The notes under the pieces: model-generated
Seen by the model: the letters and a program-made list of their open reading frames with translations, nothing else
Databases searched by the model: none
What the model was told of the DNA's origin: nothing
Translations under genes and position numbers: made by a program
Shown here: positions 38,301 to 52,526 of the stretch, piece by piece
Position numbering within the stretch: the stretch's first letter is position 1
Layout: each line of letters opens with the position of its first letter
Assembly: GCA_050084985.1 (NCBI GenBank)
Contig: JBITNC010000002.1
Span: forward strand, 28,396,001-28,460,000
DNA from: Nageia nagi
Lineage: Eukaryota > Plantae > Pinophyta
Length of the DNA: 64,000 nucleotides
Reading direction: 5' to 3'

Positions 38301-40614
38301 TACATGAGAGTGCATCAACTATTGTGTTTTTCTTGCCTTTGATATACTCAATTTCAAAATCATAAGACTACAATTTACTTACCCACTTCTATTGCTTTTC
38401 ACTGAGATCTAATTGTTCTAGGAAATACTTCAAGCTATTATGGTCAGTTTTGACCAGAAATCGTCCACATACCAAATATTACTTGAACCTAGTCAACACA
38501 TGCATTATGGCCAACATCTCTCTATCATACACACTAAAACTTTGCTCAACAGGAGTAAGCTTCCTACTCTCAAAAGTAATCAGCCTTCCTTCATGCATAA
38601 GTATGGCTCCTACTTCATAGTTCATACTTGGACGCATCACAAACAATACTAAATGGAATAGGGAAAACAGGAATTGCCAAACAAGGACAAATGCACATTA
38701 CCCTTTTGAGTTCTTCGAATGCTAACTGAGACTCACTACTCCAAACATATGCATCCTTCTGTAATGTCCCCAGCTTTTAGGTGTTTTGCCCATTTCCCCT
38801 CTGATGAATGGGAAAATTAATTTAGGTGTGATTTTGCCTATTTTTGTAGGTTTTGGCCAAATGATGTAAATTCCACTTAGATACTTAGTTAAAAGCTCTA
38901 ATTTTGAAATAAATTACCCTTTTTATTTATTTATTTATTGCATTTAGTTAAGTACCTAAAATACCAATAATGATGTATTTGTAATATGTAACATCCACTT
39001 TTTGCAAAAATTAATTAATTTTGGAATCCTAAGGATTCCCTTTCTGTAAATATTTATTTATTCATGTAATTGTTGTTAATTCCTAGGGATAGAATTATAA
39101 AGGTCCATTGGACCCACTTTGTGAGCTCCATGAGGGACGTTTTCCTCTCAAGCTAGGATGTGTTATTTTATTAGTCATTAATACACTTGGAGATCCTCAA
39201 AGATGATTGTGGGAACCCCAAGGCTTGCATCTATAAAACACTTGAGCATGGACAAACACCTTTTTGCCCCAGTGATGGATTTGGGAGCACTTGTACGCAT
39301 GCGCCAACCTTGGGGAGACTCCTAGACCCCCACATTGGCCCATGATAACTCCTAGACACCCACGCATGCACTCTAGACCTCACATTGGCTCATTATGACC
39401 CCAAGACACCCACACATGCATTCCTGGATCCCGATTGGCATGGGTGGCTCCCAAGCCCCCACATTGAACATGAGGACCCACGTTAAGCATGTGAAGGGCC
39501 TAGATACCCACGTTGGGCCTTGTTTGACCCCTAGGCATCTTTGATGGGCTTTGTGGGGCTTCTAGGAAGCCAATGTTGAGATAGGAGGGTTGGGTGATGA
39601 CTTTAAGGTGAGATCCAAATCCAATGTCGAGCTATATAAGGCTAAAGAGCCTCATTGCAGAGATAGACTTGATTTGATACAGAAACCGTTCTCTTCAGAG
39701 TTCAAAAACTTGGCAGTGTCAAGCACCCTTGAGTGCAACGCACAAGGAGAGTTCAGGAGGCGTATGTAAAGATCCGATTACAATCTCAAGTGCAAATTAG
39801 CAAATTTAATCAAACAAACCCTAACATTTGGTCTAGTGCATCCAAATAATGCATACACAACACCACAATGCCAACATCTGGCCCAAACTGGTAGGTAGCA
39901 ATATACAACAATACAAAATGTCAACATATGGCTCATACAATTGCATACATGCAAAGATAACGTTGCAACATGAGCAAGTACACAATGTAAAATGGAGATC
40001 GAATGGCCCAATGGCTATATAATGATATGAAATGAACGACAATACAATACAAAGCTCCGAGAGCTAGATGTTGGCCTCCAAGGAGCCAACTAGGGCACAA
40101 TAATGTTCTCAAGCTGGACGGACGGATGGAATAGTCTTGCTCCCTCAGAACTCGGATCCTCTCCACTAAAGGAGCCCTTCTCTTATCCTAGAAACCACTG
40201 AAGGTAGAAGCGCAACCTTGGAATACCACTGGATTGGCAAGGGTGCTACACCAGTGCAATAGACTAATAGGATCCCTCAGCCTGCTAATCCTCCTAGATG
40301 CTACACCTAGGAGTTTGCTTAGCGTCACTAATACTTCTGTCCTTTGGACGGTATCGAATGTAATAATAATCAAGTCTATCAAGCTATGAGGCTCCAATGC
40401 CTTTTTATAACACATCATTGGATCTGGATCTCACCTACAAGTCATTACCCAGTTCCATAATTCCAACGTTAGCCTCCTGGGGGTCCAAAATACCCATCGT
40501 GGGTGCCTAGGGGTCAAGCATGCCAACATGGGAGTTTGGAGTGCCATAAATGCCAATGTGGGGGTCTGGAGTGCCACACATGCCTAAGTAGGTCTAGGAG
40601 CCATGCGTGGGGGC

Positions 40615-43600
40615 TGAGAGAACCATAATGTTCAATTTATTGATCAAATGGATTACAAATATATAGTATTTGTAAGAGAACTAGTAGACAAATAGGTGGT
40701 TGAGAAATATTCTTCTCATCACTCACAAATATCTATAACAACAAGCCAAACCGTGTGGTTAACAAACCACTACAAGACAAATGACTTTCCATATGGTTAC
40801 AACAAATCACTACAAGAAAATACTACATGACATTTCAGATGCTCCACAATATTCTAATAGAATATTCTAATCTAAATAATAACACTTAACCTTAGGGAGT
40901 TAATTATTCCAACATACTCCCCCTTGATGCTAAGGGACGCATCTATGAGTTCTTAAGCATCACCAAGTTGGAAGAAACACTCTCTCTTACGTTTCCTCCA
41001 ATCTTTCAACGAGAAAGAAAAAATTGCAAGAATATGATAGGGACACTCCTCATGTGGTATCTCTTACTTTGTTGATGTTGATCCTTCGTGATTGAGTGCC
41101 TCCTTTTGTTGAGTAGCTCCCCCTTCAACAAAATTCTCTCCATGTGTGGTTTCCATCAACCACTCTCTCTCATCTTCTCTATGGTCTCCAAACCATGCTT
41201 TCAAGTAGTCATCTTTTACATCATTACATGAGTGGGTATTAATCTTCTCACAATGATGATTATACCAAACAACTCTCACAAATCTTTACACAAAAAATCA
41301 AAACAAACATGGACATGAAATGTCCTATTACAAATGCAACCATGTGTTGCTCCTCACACAAATTGTCTCTCCATACAAATGTTGTCTCCATGAGACAATC
41401 TTCAAATGATTCCTTGATAAGACATTCTCCATCCTCCATAATAGCCTTCAAGCTATCCTTCAAACATCTAGTCAGCAAACATTCATTAGTAGCATTAGCA
41501 AATAAGCCAAAAAGTAAGAGATCATCACCTCCAATGATGTTTTGGTGAGTAGATGTCCACAAGCTTTCCATTGATGTTGCTTTTGAAGCAATCATTTCTT
41601 CATTCATGATAAGGAATTCCCATGGTTCCTCTTTGCACATTGTTACCTCTATAAGACAACTCTCAGGCTCTTTTGATGCCTCCATTTCGCCATGAAGTCC
41701 ATCAATGGTTATCTCACTATTTTCTATCTCCCCCTTGAGATAGTCATCTTCATTCTTCACTCTTGATAAGTGGTCTTCTCCTTTGAGCATCAAGTCATCA
41801 ATGATCTCTCTTGGATCATTATCCCATATTGCCTCTTTAAGACAAACATCATATGCCTCCTCCATGGAGCACTCTTTATTTTTCTTCACTCCATGTGAGT
41901 GGTCTGCATCATAAGGGAGCCAACAATGCTCCTTGTCTTCAATATTCTCTTCCATGAGAATAGTGGTTGCTTGATTGTATGAATCCTCTTCATTTGGTGC
42001 CTCCTCATCTTTGCAATATGCCTTCTTCATTAGGCATTCTTCATAAGCTTCCTCCATGAAGCATTCATCCTCCTTATGATCAATGTGAATGTCATTACAA
42101 CATTCCATTCCCACAAGAGGTTTACAAGGCCTCTCACAAGGCTCTTCATCATACAAGTCTTCTTCTTCAAGGAAGAATTCATCATCATGCATGCCTTCAT
42201 AAGACATGTCTTCAAAAAGTCCTTCAAAAGGATCTTTAAAACAAGGCTCTTCACATGAGTCTCCATAAGACTCTTCAAGTATATATGGCCCTTCCAATGA
42301 GCCTTAACCAAAAGAAAAAGGCTCCCCCATGCTCACACAACCTTCATATTTGCTGACATCAAAAACATCTTTCAAAACCTTCCATGCAATAGAAGCTGAT
42401 TTACAACTTGCTATGAGAGGAAAAACATTTTCTTTCATACCTTTCCTTATGTTTATGAGGGCCAAACAATTTTGATATTGCTTCTCGTTCTTTATCTTCT
42501 TCTCTTCATCATAAAGGAAACTCCAAGTGTTCTTCATACCCATCTTCAATGATCTCCCAATGATCCTTAGCTATCAAAACTGTTTTCATTATTATGCTCC
42601 ACCAAGCATAATTTTCTCCATCAGATTTTGGATCCTCCAAGCCTTCAAACATGGTGTCCATCTCAATTTGTGGGGATTGAATAAATCCCCATCACAAACA
42701 CCATTAAAAAAATCAATCTCAAAAAAAATATATCACCTCAAAAAAATATTCCTTTCTGGAATAGAGTTTGCACTTCCTTTTTTTCATTATGCAAACTTTC
42801 TCCTTTTTTTTTATGTGGGCTCTATACTTTGTCTTCAGCTTCACCGTATTAACAATAATTTCATGAATTAGAATCGGTTCGCATCCCTTGCAACACTCTC
42901 CTATGTTTGTTAGTTTGACCTATCTCCTTTCTAGCGATTAAGTTTACAGATCCTTTCTGCAATGTGTGGGCTCACCTTCTCAAGACAATCACAACTACAA
43001 CATTCAATGACATACCTTCTACTTTTTTTTTTTGATGGCCCACAATGTTATCAAACAACTAATGTGCCTTCAATTCCACCCAAATCTCTCTCCAGATCTA
43101 TAGATCCCATAGATCATACTCAATCAGATTCACCTTACCAGCATCTTCAAGTCCGATATTTCAAATATATCCGATGTCTTTCTCTTCTATATTTTCCTCA
43201 AGAGAGCTGGGTTTGCAGTATCACAGATAAACTAGCTATGAACAACTACTAAAGGCACACACAGATAAAGCAATGATGGCCTTCAGATCTCTTTACGTGG
43301 AGTCTCCTTTCCTTATTGTGCAAGTGTTATCTTCCTTTATGCGAGTGCATGTAAATAAGCAATGTTTAGATGCTACTACACCTCCTTATATGCAATGTAG
43401 ATCGCCTGACACTCTTCCTCAATCCAATTCATCCATTCCTCACGATATCCACAGATTTCTTATATCAATAGTAGAAGACGAACAAGATCTCCTCCTTGCT
43501 AGTTGCATGCTGTTCTTCTTCATGCAACATTTCTTCTCTCAATGCCAACTCTCCACATGTGAACCTTCTACATGAGTCTCCTTTTGCGTAGCGCTCTTTC

Positions 43601-44363
43601 ACACGAGCCCAAATTCTTCCTCAACATCAGCTCCTTTGGCTCATGGGCCTTCTACGGATGCCTCTCCTGACTGGCACAAATCTATGATCCTTTCAGGCTT
43701 TTATGTTTCGTGGCTTCTTCTCTTAGCACATAGGCTCCTTTCAAACTATGTTGGGCGCTCCTCCTCTTGGCAGCACATCCCTCTCCAACAAATGGCTTCT
43801 ACGATGGCGTTGTACACCGATTAGTCACACTTCTTTCACCTACACATTTTCAAACCCAAAAAATTGATCTTCCACACTAGGCCTCTCAATGGCATAATAC
43901 ACCAAGGTCCTCAGGCAGATCTCCTCTTCTAAACCATACGGTTGTTATTGTTGGTTGCCATGTAGGTTGCACAACACAATTTTGATGATCGTCCTTGAAG
44001 AGCTTGATAAGTTCCTTCAAGACTTCACCCACTTTAACCCTATGACTTACTACGCTCTGATACCAATTGAGAGAACCATAATGTTCTGTTTATTGATCAA
44101 ATGGATTACAAATATTTCATTTTGTAAGAGAACTAGTAGACAAATAGGTAGTTGAGAAATATTCTTCTCATGACTCACAAATAACTATAAGAAGCCAAAC
44201 CATGTGGTTAACAAACCACTACAAGACAAATGACTCTCCATATGGTTACAACAAATCACTACAAGACAATACTACATGACATTTCACATGCTCCACAATA
44301 TTCTAATAGAATACTCTAATCTAAATAATAACTCTTAACCTTAGGGAGTTAATTATTCCAACA
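40615..44363 (-). mobile_element. Non-autonomous Copia-type LTR element (3,749 bp, ~300-bp LTRs, no pol)
   Basis: LTRs 40615-40914 and 44068-44363, PBS 44054-44065, PPT at ~40915-40925, TSD GGGGC/AGGGC. Confidence 0.88.
41260..42549 (-). pseudogene. Copia gag N-terminal remnant followed by a 345-aa acidic repetitive ORF
   Basis: 42304-42549 encodes LALINIRKGMKENVFPLIASCKSASIAWKVLKDVF, resembling the Copia gag N-terminus. 41260-42297 is E/D/C/M-rich with ECxMEEAYxxCL-like repeats. Confidence 0.55.
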
Positions 44364-47300
44364 AGGGCTGGGTGTCATCATGGGCCAACATGGGGGTCTA
44401 GGAGTCTCCCCAAGGCTGGCACATGTACATAAGTGCTCATCCATCCACCTAAGTGCTAAACAGACCTTGGGATTCCCACAATCATAATCAAGATCTCCAA
44501 GTATAATAAAACTCATAATCCATGCGTGGGAGGGAGATGTCCCACTTGGGGCTCACAGTGGGGTCCATTGACCCATTAAGTCTCCTATCCCAAGAATTAA
44601 CTTAAAGTACAATGCAATAATAAAATATATTACAAAAGGGAATTCATAGGATTCCATAATCAAATAGAATAATACAAGGGGGACATCACAATGTGGAAAA
44701 CCTTTTGTCTTACGATTGAGGTGTTTGTTTATGTGAGTGAGGCTGCCCTACCCTAAGGCGTCCACAAGCGGTATGCATCTTTGAATCCATTCGGTGGCAT
44801 TCCGAAACCACATCCGTTCTCTTCACCAAGAGCTAGTCTGTGAGGGAGCCCTTCGATGAGGCATCCATAGAATAGGTAGGAGGTGGTTGTTCAACTTCAG
44901 TTTCAAAGTCTATCTAAGCTCATTGTATGCCCTAGTTGGCTCCTTAGAGGCCAACATTGAGCCCTTTGGGCCAGTTCGGTATTGTACTCATTTATTCATC
45001 ATTAATATTGTCATGGCATACTTGGATCTCAATATTTGTCTCCATATTTGATGTGTATGCTTCCTTGCTTGCAACGTTGAGCTATTTTGTATGTATATGC
45101 TTCCATATGTCATTCATTGGCATTCTTGGATGAGTTTGGCAGTGTATGAGCCCCTATGTATGATGTTGGGCAATTTAGTGCTATTGGTGCTTGCAGATAG
45201 AGTTGTTGGCTTTCCTGGCTCTTCCTAATGTGTATTTGATGCCCTAGATCAGACGTGGTATGCTTGAGGGTGAATTTTGATATTTTGTAGTATTTATTTA
45301 GGTAATATGTGCGTGAGAATTTTTGGGGATATTATAGTGGTATCATAGCTTGGATCTCGCCAACCTATGAATGAGACCTGCAGTCCATAATTACTATACC
45401 AAATCCAACACCAGAAGAGAGATGTCTTCAGCCAAGAAAGGTGGAAAGGGGATGCTACCAGAAGATACCCTAGCTAGAACCACTCAGGCTGATGATTGCA
45501 GACCATGGATGGAGGACGTCTAAGACAAGGATGCTTTCAGAGAACAAAATTCAGCTAGAAGAGGTAGATCCCCATCGGCTAGGAGAAGGAGAAGCTCTAC
45601 CCTAGCTAGAAAGGCTACGGTAGAAAGAAAATTTAATGAACTTATTGCGGCCATGAGGAGTATGATGGAGGTAGTGCAAAATCAATCAACCACTATAGAT
45701 GCTTGGTTCCAAAGGAAAGAAGACCCAAAAAGACAAGTGACTCCCTCACGTTCTATTTCGGATGAGGAGGAAGAACCAAGGGAGGACAGAATGGAGAAAG
45801 AGCCCAACTTAAGGAGATCACATAGCTTGAGGGACAGAGGATCCACTCATCACGAGTCCATGAGCTACCAAGAGCATGCGTTTGTGAGATCCCATTCTAT
45901 GCTAGATCCAGGATTGAGGAGGGATATGAATTTCAATGGCTATTTGGAGATTTTGGGTATGAAGGGAGGTGGTTCTCATGGCATCCACTCTCAAAGCAAT
46001 TCATGGGTGATAAGAGAGAACTGCAACAAAAGATAAACAAAATGCAGGTTCAAATGTATGATGAAAAGAAGATGACAGCTAGGCTACATCAACTGCAGAC
46101 ATACTTTACTCTGAGTCCGAACATGGTGGAAGAAGATGCAATCCATTTTGCATCATTGCATTTTGAGGGAGATGCTCTCAAATGGTGGCAACATGGGGTA
46201 ATTAACCAAGATTACTCTCACATCTCCTCTTTAGACGAATTTGCTTGGAGGTTGGTAAAACGGTTTGATAGGAAGAAGGAGAACGGTTATTTCAAAGAGC
46301 TCACATCCTTGAGTCAAGGTACGGTGGATGACTTCGTTTCAGATTTTTAGAAAATTGCAATCATTATCCACAATATTTCAATGGAGAGATTGACCTTCAT
46401 CTTTGTTGAGGGGTTGATGGAACCCTTGCAAGGAATGGTGAAGGTATCTAGATCGAAAACCCATGATGATACAACAAAGAAAGCCTATGATTTGGAGCCG
46501 ACTATGATCACCCTCAAAGGGGGACAAACGCATAAGGCACATGCCTTACGTAAACCAACAACAAACAAGTAGGAATCTAGCAAGTTCAAATCTTTCCCCC
46601 CTCCTCGAATGGGCCAGATAGACGCAACCACTAGAAGAAAGCTGAAAGAAGAGACAAATGCTTTCACTGCAAGAAGCCATGGGAGCCAGGGCATCGTTGT
46701 CAAGGTAAGGGACAGGTGCACTACATTGAGGTTCTTTTAGACGAAGAGGATGAAGATTCAGATCTAGAGCTTGGCATGGATATGGTGGATTAGACATAGG
46801 CACCCAAGGCAGAGGCATCTCTTGGAAGTATGATTGCTTCACTCAATGGAGCAAAGAAATACCTCACTCTGAAGGTAATTGGGTAGGCAGGTGGGCAAGA
46901 TGTGATGGTCTTAATAGACCGTGGTGCTACTCACAATTCTATTGATGGAGATTTTGTGGAGAAGAAGGGTATCAAAACCAAGGAATTCAAAGGATTCAAA
47001 GTTTCAAATGCCAATGCGAAACTCACATTAGTAGACCAAATCGTGAAGAGATTTGGGGTGAGGTTAAAGAGTTACACAGTGAGAGAAAACTTTTGTGTAT
47101 CCACTCAAGGGACATCCTCACATCATCTTGGGTGTGCAATGGTTGTTTGAATTGGGTTACATTCACACCAATTATAGGAATCTAACCATAAGCTTTGATA
47201 TTGATGGTAAGATGCATACTTTTTAGGGAATCAAGGACGAATGCCCTCAAGTCACTAACAAGAAATTGGAAGTGATTGGCCCACACCATGAGGAAGAAAG

Positions 47301-50300
47301 GAGGCAAGACGAGTTAACGATGGGAAAAGAGATGTTACACCCCACATTGGACATGGAGGGGTCTTGGCATCCCACGTTGGACTTGGAGAGACCTCGACAT
47401 CCCACATTAGACATGAAGGGGTCTTGGCATCCCATGTTGGCCTTGGAGAGACCTAGGCACCCCACATTGGACATGGAAGGGTCTTGGCATCTCACGTCAT
47501 GTAAGGAGGAGACTTGGCATCCCACATTGGGCATGGAGGGTCTTGGCATCTCACTTTGTGCATAGAAGTTTGGCACTCCACGTTGGACATGGAGAAGGCC
47601 TAGCACCCAACATTGAACAAGGAAGTGGTTTGGCACCCCATGTTGAGCATCAAGGAGGTTGGGCACCTAACATTGGACATAGGGAAGGTTTGTGTAACAT
47701 CCCCTTTGTACTATAGAAAAGTAATGTAATAGCTAAAAGGGACGTCTTAATAACATCCTTTTTGAAGTTTGTTTTGTAGTTTGATTTGTGGTTTGTTTTG
47801 TATAACTTAGGATAGGAATTAATTGGTCCATGGACCCCATTGTGAGCCCCTAGTGGGACGTATCCCTCCCAAGTGTAGAATGGGATATATTAATTTACTT
47901 GGAGATCTCGAACTTGATTGTGGGAATCCCAAGAGCTTGTATACATTAATTAGCCAGGATAGAGGATTGCATGCTTGAGCCAGCCTTGGGGAGTCCCCTA
48001 GACCCCACGTTGGCCATCCCAGACTCCTAGGCTTCCAAGCATGACACCAACACCCACGTGGGCCATACATTAATTGTTGTTAATTCCTTGGAATGGAATT
48101 ATAAAGGTCCATTGGACCCACTTTGTGAGCCCCATGAGGGACATTTTCCTCCCTAGCTAGGATGTGTTATTTTATTAGTCATTAATACACTTGGAGATCC
48201 TAAAAGATGATTATGAGAATCCCAAAGCTTGTATAGCACCTAGATAACACTTGAGCATGGATAAACACCTATTTGCCCTAACGTTGGATTTGGGAGTAGT
48301 TGTACACATGTGGCAGCCTTGGGGAGACTCCTAGAACCCCATGTTGGCCCATGATGACTCCTAGACACCCACCTATGCACTCTAGACCCCACATTGGCTC
48401 ATTATGACCCCAAGACACCCACACATGCGTTCCAGGACCCCCACGTGGCATGGGTGACTCCCAAACACCCACATTGAGCATGAGGACCCACATAGAGCAT
48501 GTGAAGGGCCAAGATACCCACATTGGGCCTTGTTTGACACCTAGGCTCCTTCATTGGGCTTTGTGGGACTTCTAGGAAGCCAACGTTGAGACAAGAGGGT
48601 TGGGTGATGACTTTGAGGAGGGATCCAGATCTAGTGATGAGCTATATAAGGCTAAGGAGCCTCATTGCAGAGATAGACTTGATTTGACAAAGAAACCCTT
48701 CACTTCGGAGTTCAAAGACTTGGCGATGTCAAGCACCCTTGAGCGTAGCACATAAGGAGAGTTTAGGATGCATGGAACACACCTTCTGTCTTACGGTTGA
48801 TTCCATCCGATGGCATTCCAAAACCACATTTGTTCTCTTCGTCAGGAGCTAATTTGTGAGGGAGCCCTTCGGTGAGGCATCCACAAAACTGGTAGGAGGT
48901 GGTTGTTCTACTTCAGTTTCAGAGTCTATCTCAACTCATTGTGTGTCGTAGTTGGATCCTTGGAAGCCAACGTTGAGCCCTTTGGGCTAGTTCGGGATTG
49001 TACTCATTTATTCATCATTAATACTGTCGTGGCATACTTGGATCTCAATATGTGTCTCCATATTTGATGTGTATGCTTCCATGCTTGCAATGTTGAGCTA
49101 TTTTGTATGTATATGATTGCATATGTGATTCGTTGGCATTCTTGGATGAGTTTGGTATAGTGTATGAGCCCCTGTGTATGACGTTGTGCAATTTAGTGCT
49201 ATTGGTGCTTGTAGAGTGAGTCGGTATTCCCAGCGCTTCCTAATGTGTATTTGATGCCCTAGATCAGACATGATATGCTTGAGGGTGAATTTTGATATTT
49301 TGTAGTATATATTTGGCTAATTTGTGCATGATATTTTTTTAGGATATTACATTATATCAAGGCAATTATATTTGTAAATGAAATACTAGTATGTCTAATA
49401 GAGGCATTGCATAGTTTTAGCCTTAATAGTTGTAATATTGGCATTAGATGTATCTTCAGTCATTAGTGCTCCCCTCTTCAAGGTAGAGCATCCTTGTAGG
49501 TGATTGCACCAACTATGAGGCATCATTGAGAGCTCCAAGGTTGGTCGTGGCACTACAAACAAGGATTTGGCATCCCAAGGCAAATGGACGACTCCTATGC
49601 ATGGATGTTGGACATGTGTGCATCCCAAGGCCCCACATCATCCCTCCTTAGCACTTGGACCCTTGGCGCTGATCCCAAAACACACCATCACCCCCTCTTG
49701 GACGTTGGATTCCTGAACCGTTGGATGTGATCTCACTTATCCTGAGGCTCCCCGTCTTGGACGTTGTAAACATGAGCACACGAATCACACCTCTCCATCA
49801 TTGGATCAACTCAATGGAAGATTAGAAGAGAGATTACATCGCCTATAAAAGGACTCTTAGACATTCCAAAATATGCAATTATTGATTATGAAACCCTTTT
49901 TATCGGATTAAATGTGAGAATTCTATCCTCGCCATTTGTAGGGCAACCTACATTTGAGGTCTTGAGGTGATAGGAAGCTAGCCTCAACCTTACTCCAGCA
50001 TTCTTGAGAGGAACATTGTTGGTTCCATTACAGAGTTGTGGGGAAGTCTTGGACTTGGCCTTGTTGTTGCTGCGATTGGTGAAGCCCGGGAGCTATCCAA
50101 CATAACCCTATTGGAGGAAGTCTTGGTACAAGCTCCTTAGGTTGAACATATATTCATGTAATTGCGCTATTCTCTTGTTTATCAATACAATTACATATTT
50201 CTATCTCAATTTGCTATTTCTTTCTCTGTTCTTCGACATTGGGTTTAAAGTGATACTCTCTTAGCATAAAATTTGTTTTACTACCTTATTGCAACGTTGG

Positions 50301-50516
50301 GTTTTTGGAGACATTTTCTGCATGTTCAAAGTGTTTTATTGCTCAATCAGCTAGTCGTTGGAATATTCGTGCATTGTTGAGCATGTTCGGACATTTTCGA
50401 AGCTTCAAGGCAAACATCTCTCTCCTAAGGCACGTTTGATTGCAATATTTCGAGTGATCAAGAGTGAGGCCTAGTTTGGCTCATCACACCTTAGTAAACT
50501 ACGTTAAGGGTGCTAT

Positions 50517-51748
50517 TGTAAAGATCAAATTACAATCTTGAGTGCAAATTAGCAATTTCAACCAAGCAAATACGCACATCTGGCCTAGAAGTGCAAATAC
50601 AAGTATTCAAACCCTCACAATGCCAACATTAGGATTAGGGCATCAATTACGAACTTCCACAAAAGAACAATGACAACGTTAGGATTAGGGCATCAATTAC
50701 GAACTTCCACAACACAACAATGCCAACATCTGGCTCATACATGCACGAATGAGTAAACAAACCACAACATTGCAATAGTAAAGCATACACAAGACAAATA
50801 TGGTGATCATATGCCCAACGGTTGTATATAAGATAGATGCTGATCAACAATACAATACCAACCCAAATAGGGCTGAGGTTGGCATCAAGGGAGCCAACTA
50901 GGGCACAATGTGTATCCTCAAACTAGACAGAGGGATGCGACAATCTTTCTCCCTCAGAGCCCAAATCCTCTCCACCAAAGGAGCCATCCTTTGATGCTAG
51001 AAACCACGAAAGATAGAAGCACAACCTCGAAATACCATCGAATGGGCAAGGGTGCTACACCAATGTCATAGACTAACAGGATCCCTCAACTTTCTAATCC
51101 TCCTAGATGCTGCACCTAGGGATTTGCTTAGCATTGCGCTAAGTCTCTTTTCCTCTGGACGGTATCAAAAAATATAATAAACAAGGATATCCACCTATGA
51201 GGCTCCAATGCCTTTTTACACACTTTATTGGATCTGGATCTCACCTAGGAGTCATTACCCAACTCCTCTAATCCAACGTTAGCCTCCTAAGGGCCCAGAA
51301 TGCCCAACATGGGTGCTTAGGGGTCAAGCATGTCTAACATGGGTACCTAGGTTCCATAAATGCCAACATGGGGGTCTGGAGTGCCACATATGCCCAACAT
51401 GGGTCTAGGAGCCATGCATGGGGGATAGGTATCATCATGGACTAACATGGGGGTCTAGGAGTCTCCCCAAGGTTGGTGCATGTACATAAGTGCACATCCA
51501 TTCCACCTAAGTGATATATAGACCTTGGGATTCCCACAATCATGATCGGGATCTCCAAGTACAATAAAACTCCTAATCTAAGCTTGGGATGGAGATGTCC
51601 CACTTGGGGCTCACAATGGGGTCCATTGACCCATTAAGTCTTCTATCCCAAGTCTAACTTAAAGCACAATAACAATAATGAAATATAATACAAAGGGGAA
51701 TCCGATGGATTCCATAATTATTTACATTTATGCAAGGGGGACATCATA
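50517..51748 (-). mobile_element. Solo LTR in the E2 RT-RNase H linker
   Basis: Termini TGTAAAGATC...GGGGGACATCATA with decayed TSD GCTAT/GGTAC. E2 pol resumes on both sides. Confidence 0.8.
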
Positions 51749-52526
51749 GGTACTAGGTGTGAGAAACTCCGAATGAACCTTTGGAAATAATTGCACAATT
51801 CTAGAAATCCCCTCAAATGTGAGTGTGGTAGGTACTAGCCAGTCCTATATAGCTTGAATCTTTTACTTATCTACACGCACTCCTTCCTGGCTAATAATAT
51901 ACCCCAAGTACAAAACTTCGATCATCCCAAATTCATATTGTCTTCTTGGCATAAAACTTTTGTTGCTATAGTATCTCCAATATTGAATCCAGATGCTTCA
52001 TATGTTCCTCCCATGTCTGGCTGTAGATGAGGATATCATCGAAGAAGACTAGTACATAATTCTTGAGTTGCTCCCTATGAACTTGATTCATGGTAGATTG
52101 AAAGGTAGTTGGAGTGTTAGTCAACCCATATGGCATGACTAGGAATTCAAAGTGCCCAAAGTGACATCTGAAATTCGTCTTGTGGATATCTTCTTCTATC
52201 ATATGGATCTGATGGTATCCGAACTTCAAATCTATTTTGGAGAAATATTTAGCTCCATGGAGCTCATAAATAAGGTCATCCACCCGTGGAATAGGATATA
52301 TGTTCTTGATTGTTTTCTTGTTGAGTACTCGATAATCAATGCACATCCTCATAGTTCCATCCTTCTTCACCAAGGCAACCGAAGACGCAAAGGGGCTAGA
52401 ACTAGGCCGTATGAATCCCACGTCAAGTAACTCTTTGATGGTTCATTCAATCTCATCCTTGTAGATGTGAGGGTGCCTGTAAGGCGTGATCATCACCAAC
52501 TATGACCCTGGTTCAAACTGAATAAT

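Larger units (their letters stand above)
39765..44690 (-). mobile_element. Solo LTR in the E3 5' LTR, split by a Copia-type element
   Basis: Termini TGTAAAGATCC...GGGGGACATCACA. Same family as 50517-51748. TSD decayed (GCGTA/ATGTG). Confidence 0.75.
38987..49351 (+). mobile_element. Non-autonomous Gypsy E3 (gag and protease only)
   Basis: 5' LTR 38987-45336 (interrupted), PBS TGGTATCATAGC 45338-45349, gag 45650-46700, protease VLIDRGATHNSI ~46900, 30-bp repeats 47340-47690 and composite 3' LTR 47693-49351. TSD TAATA/TTATA. No RT or integrase. Confidence 0.8.
38760..50488 (+). mobile_element. Solo LTR inserted in E2 and split by element E3
   Basis: Termini TGTAATGTCCCC...GGCTCATCACA with TSD CCTTC/CCTTA. 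Confidence 0.8.
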
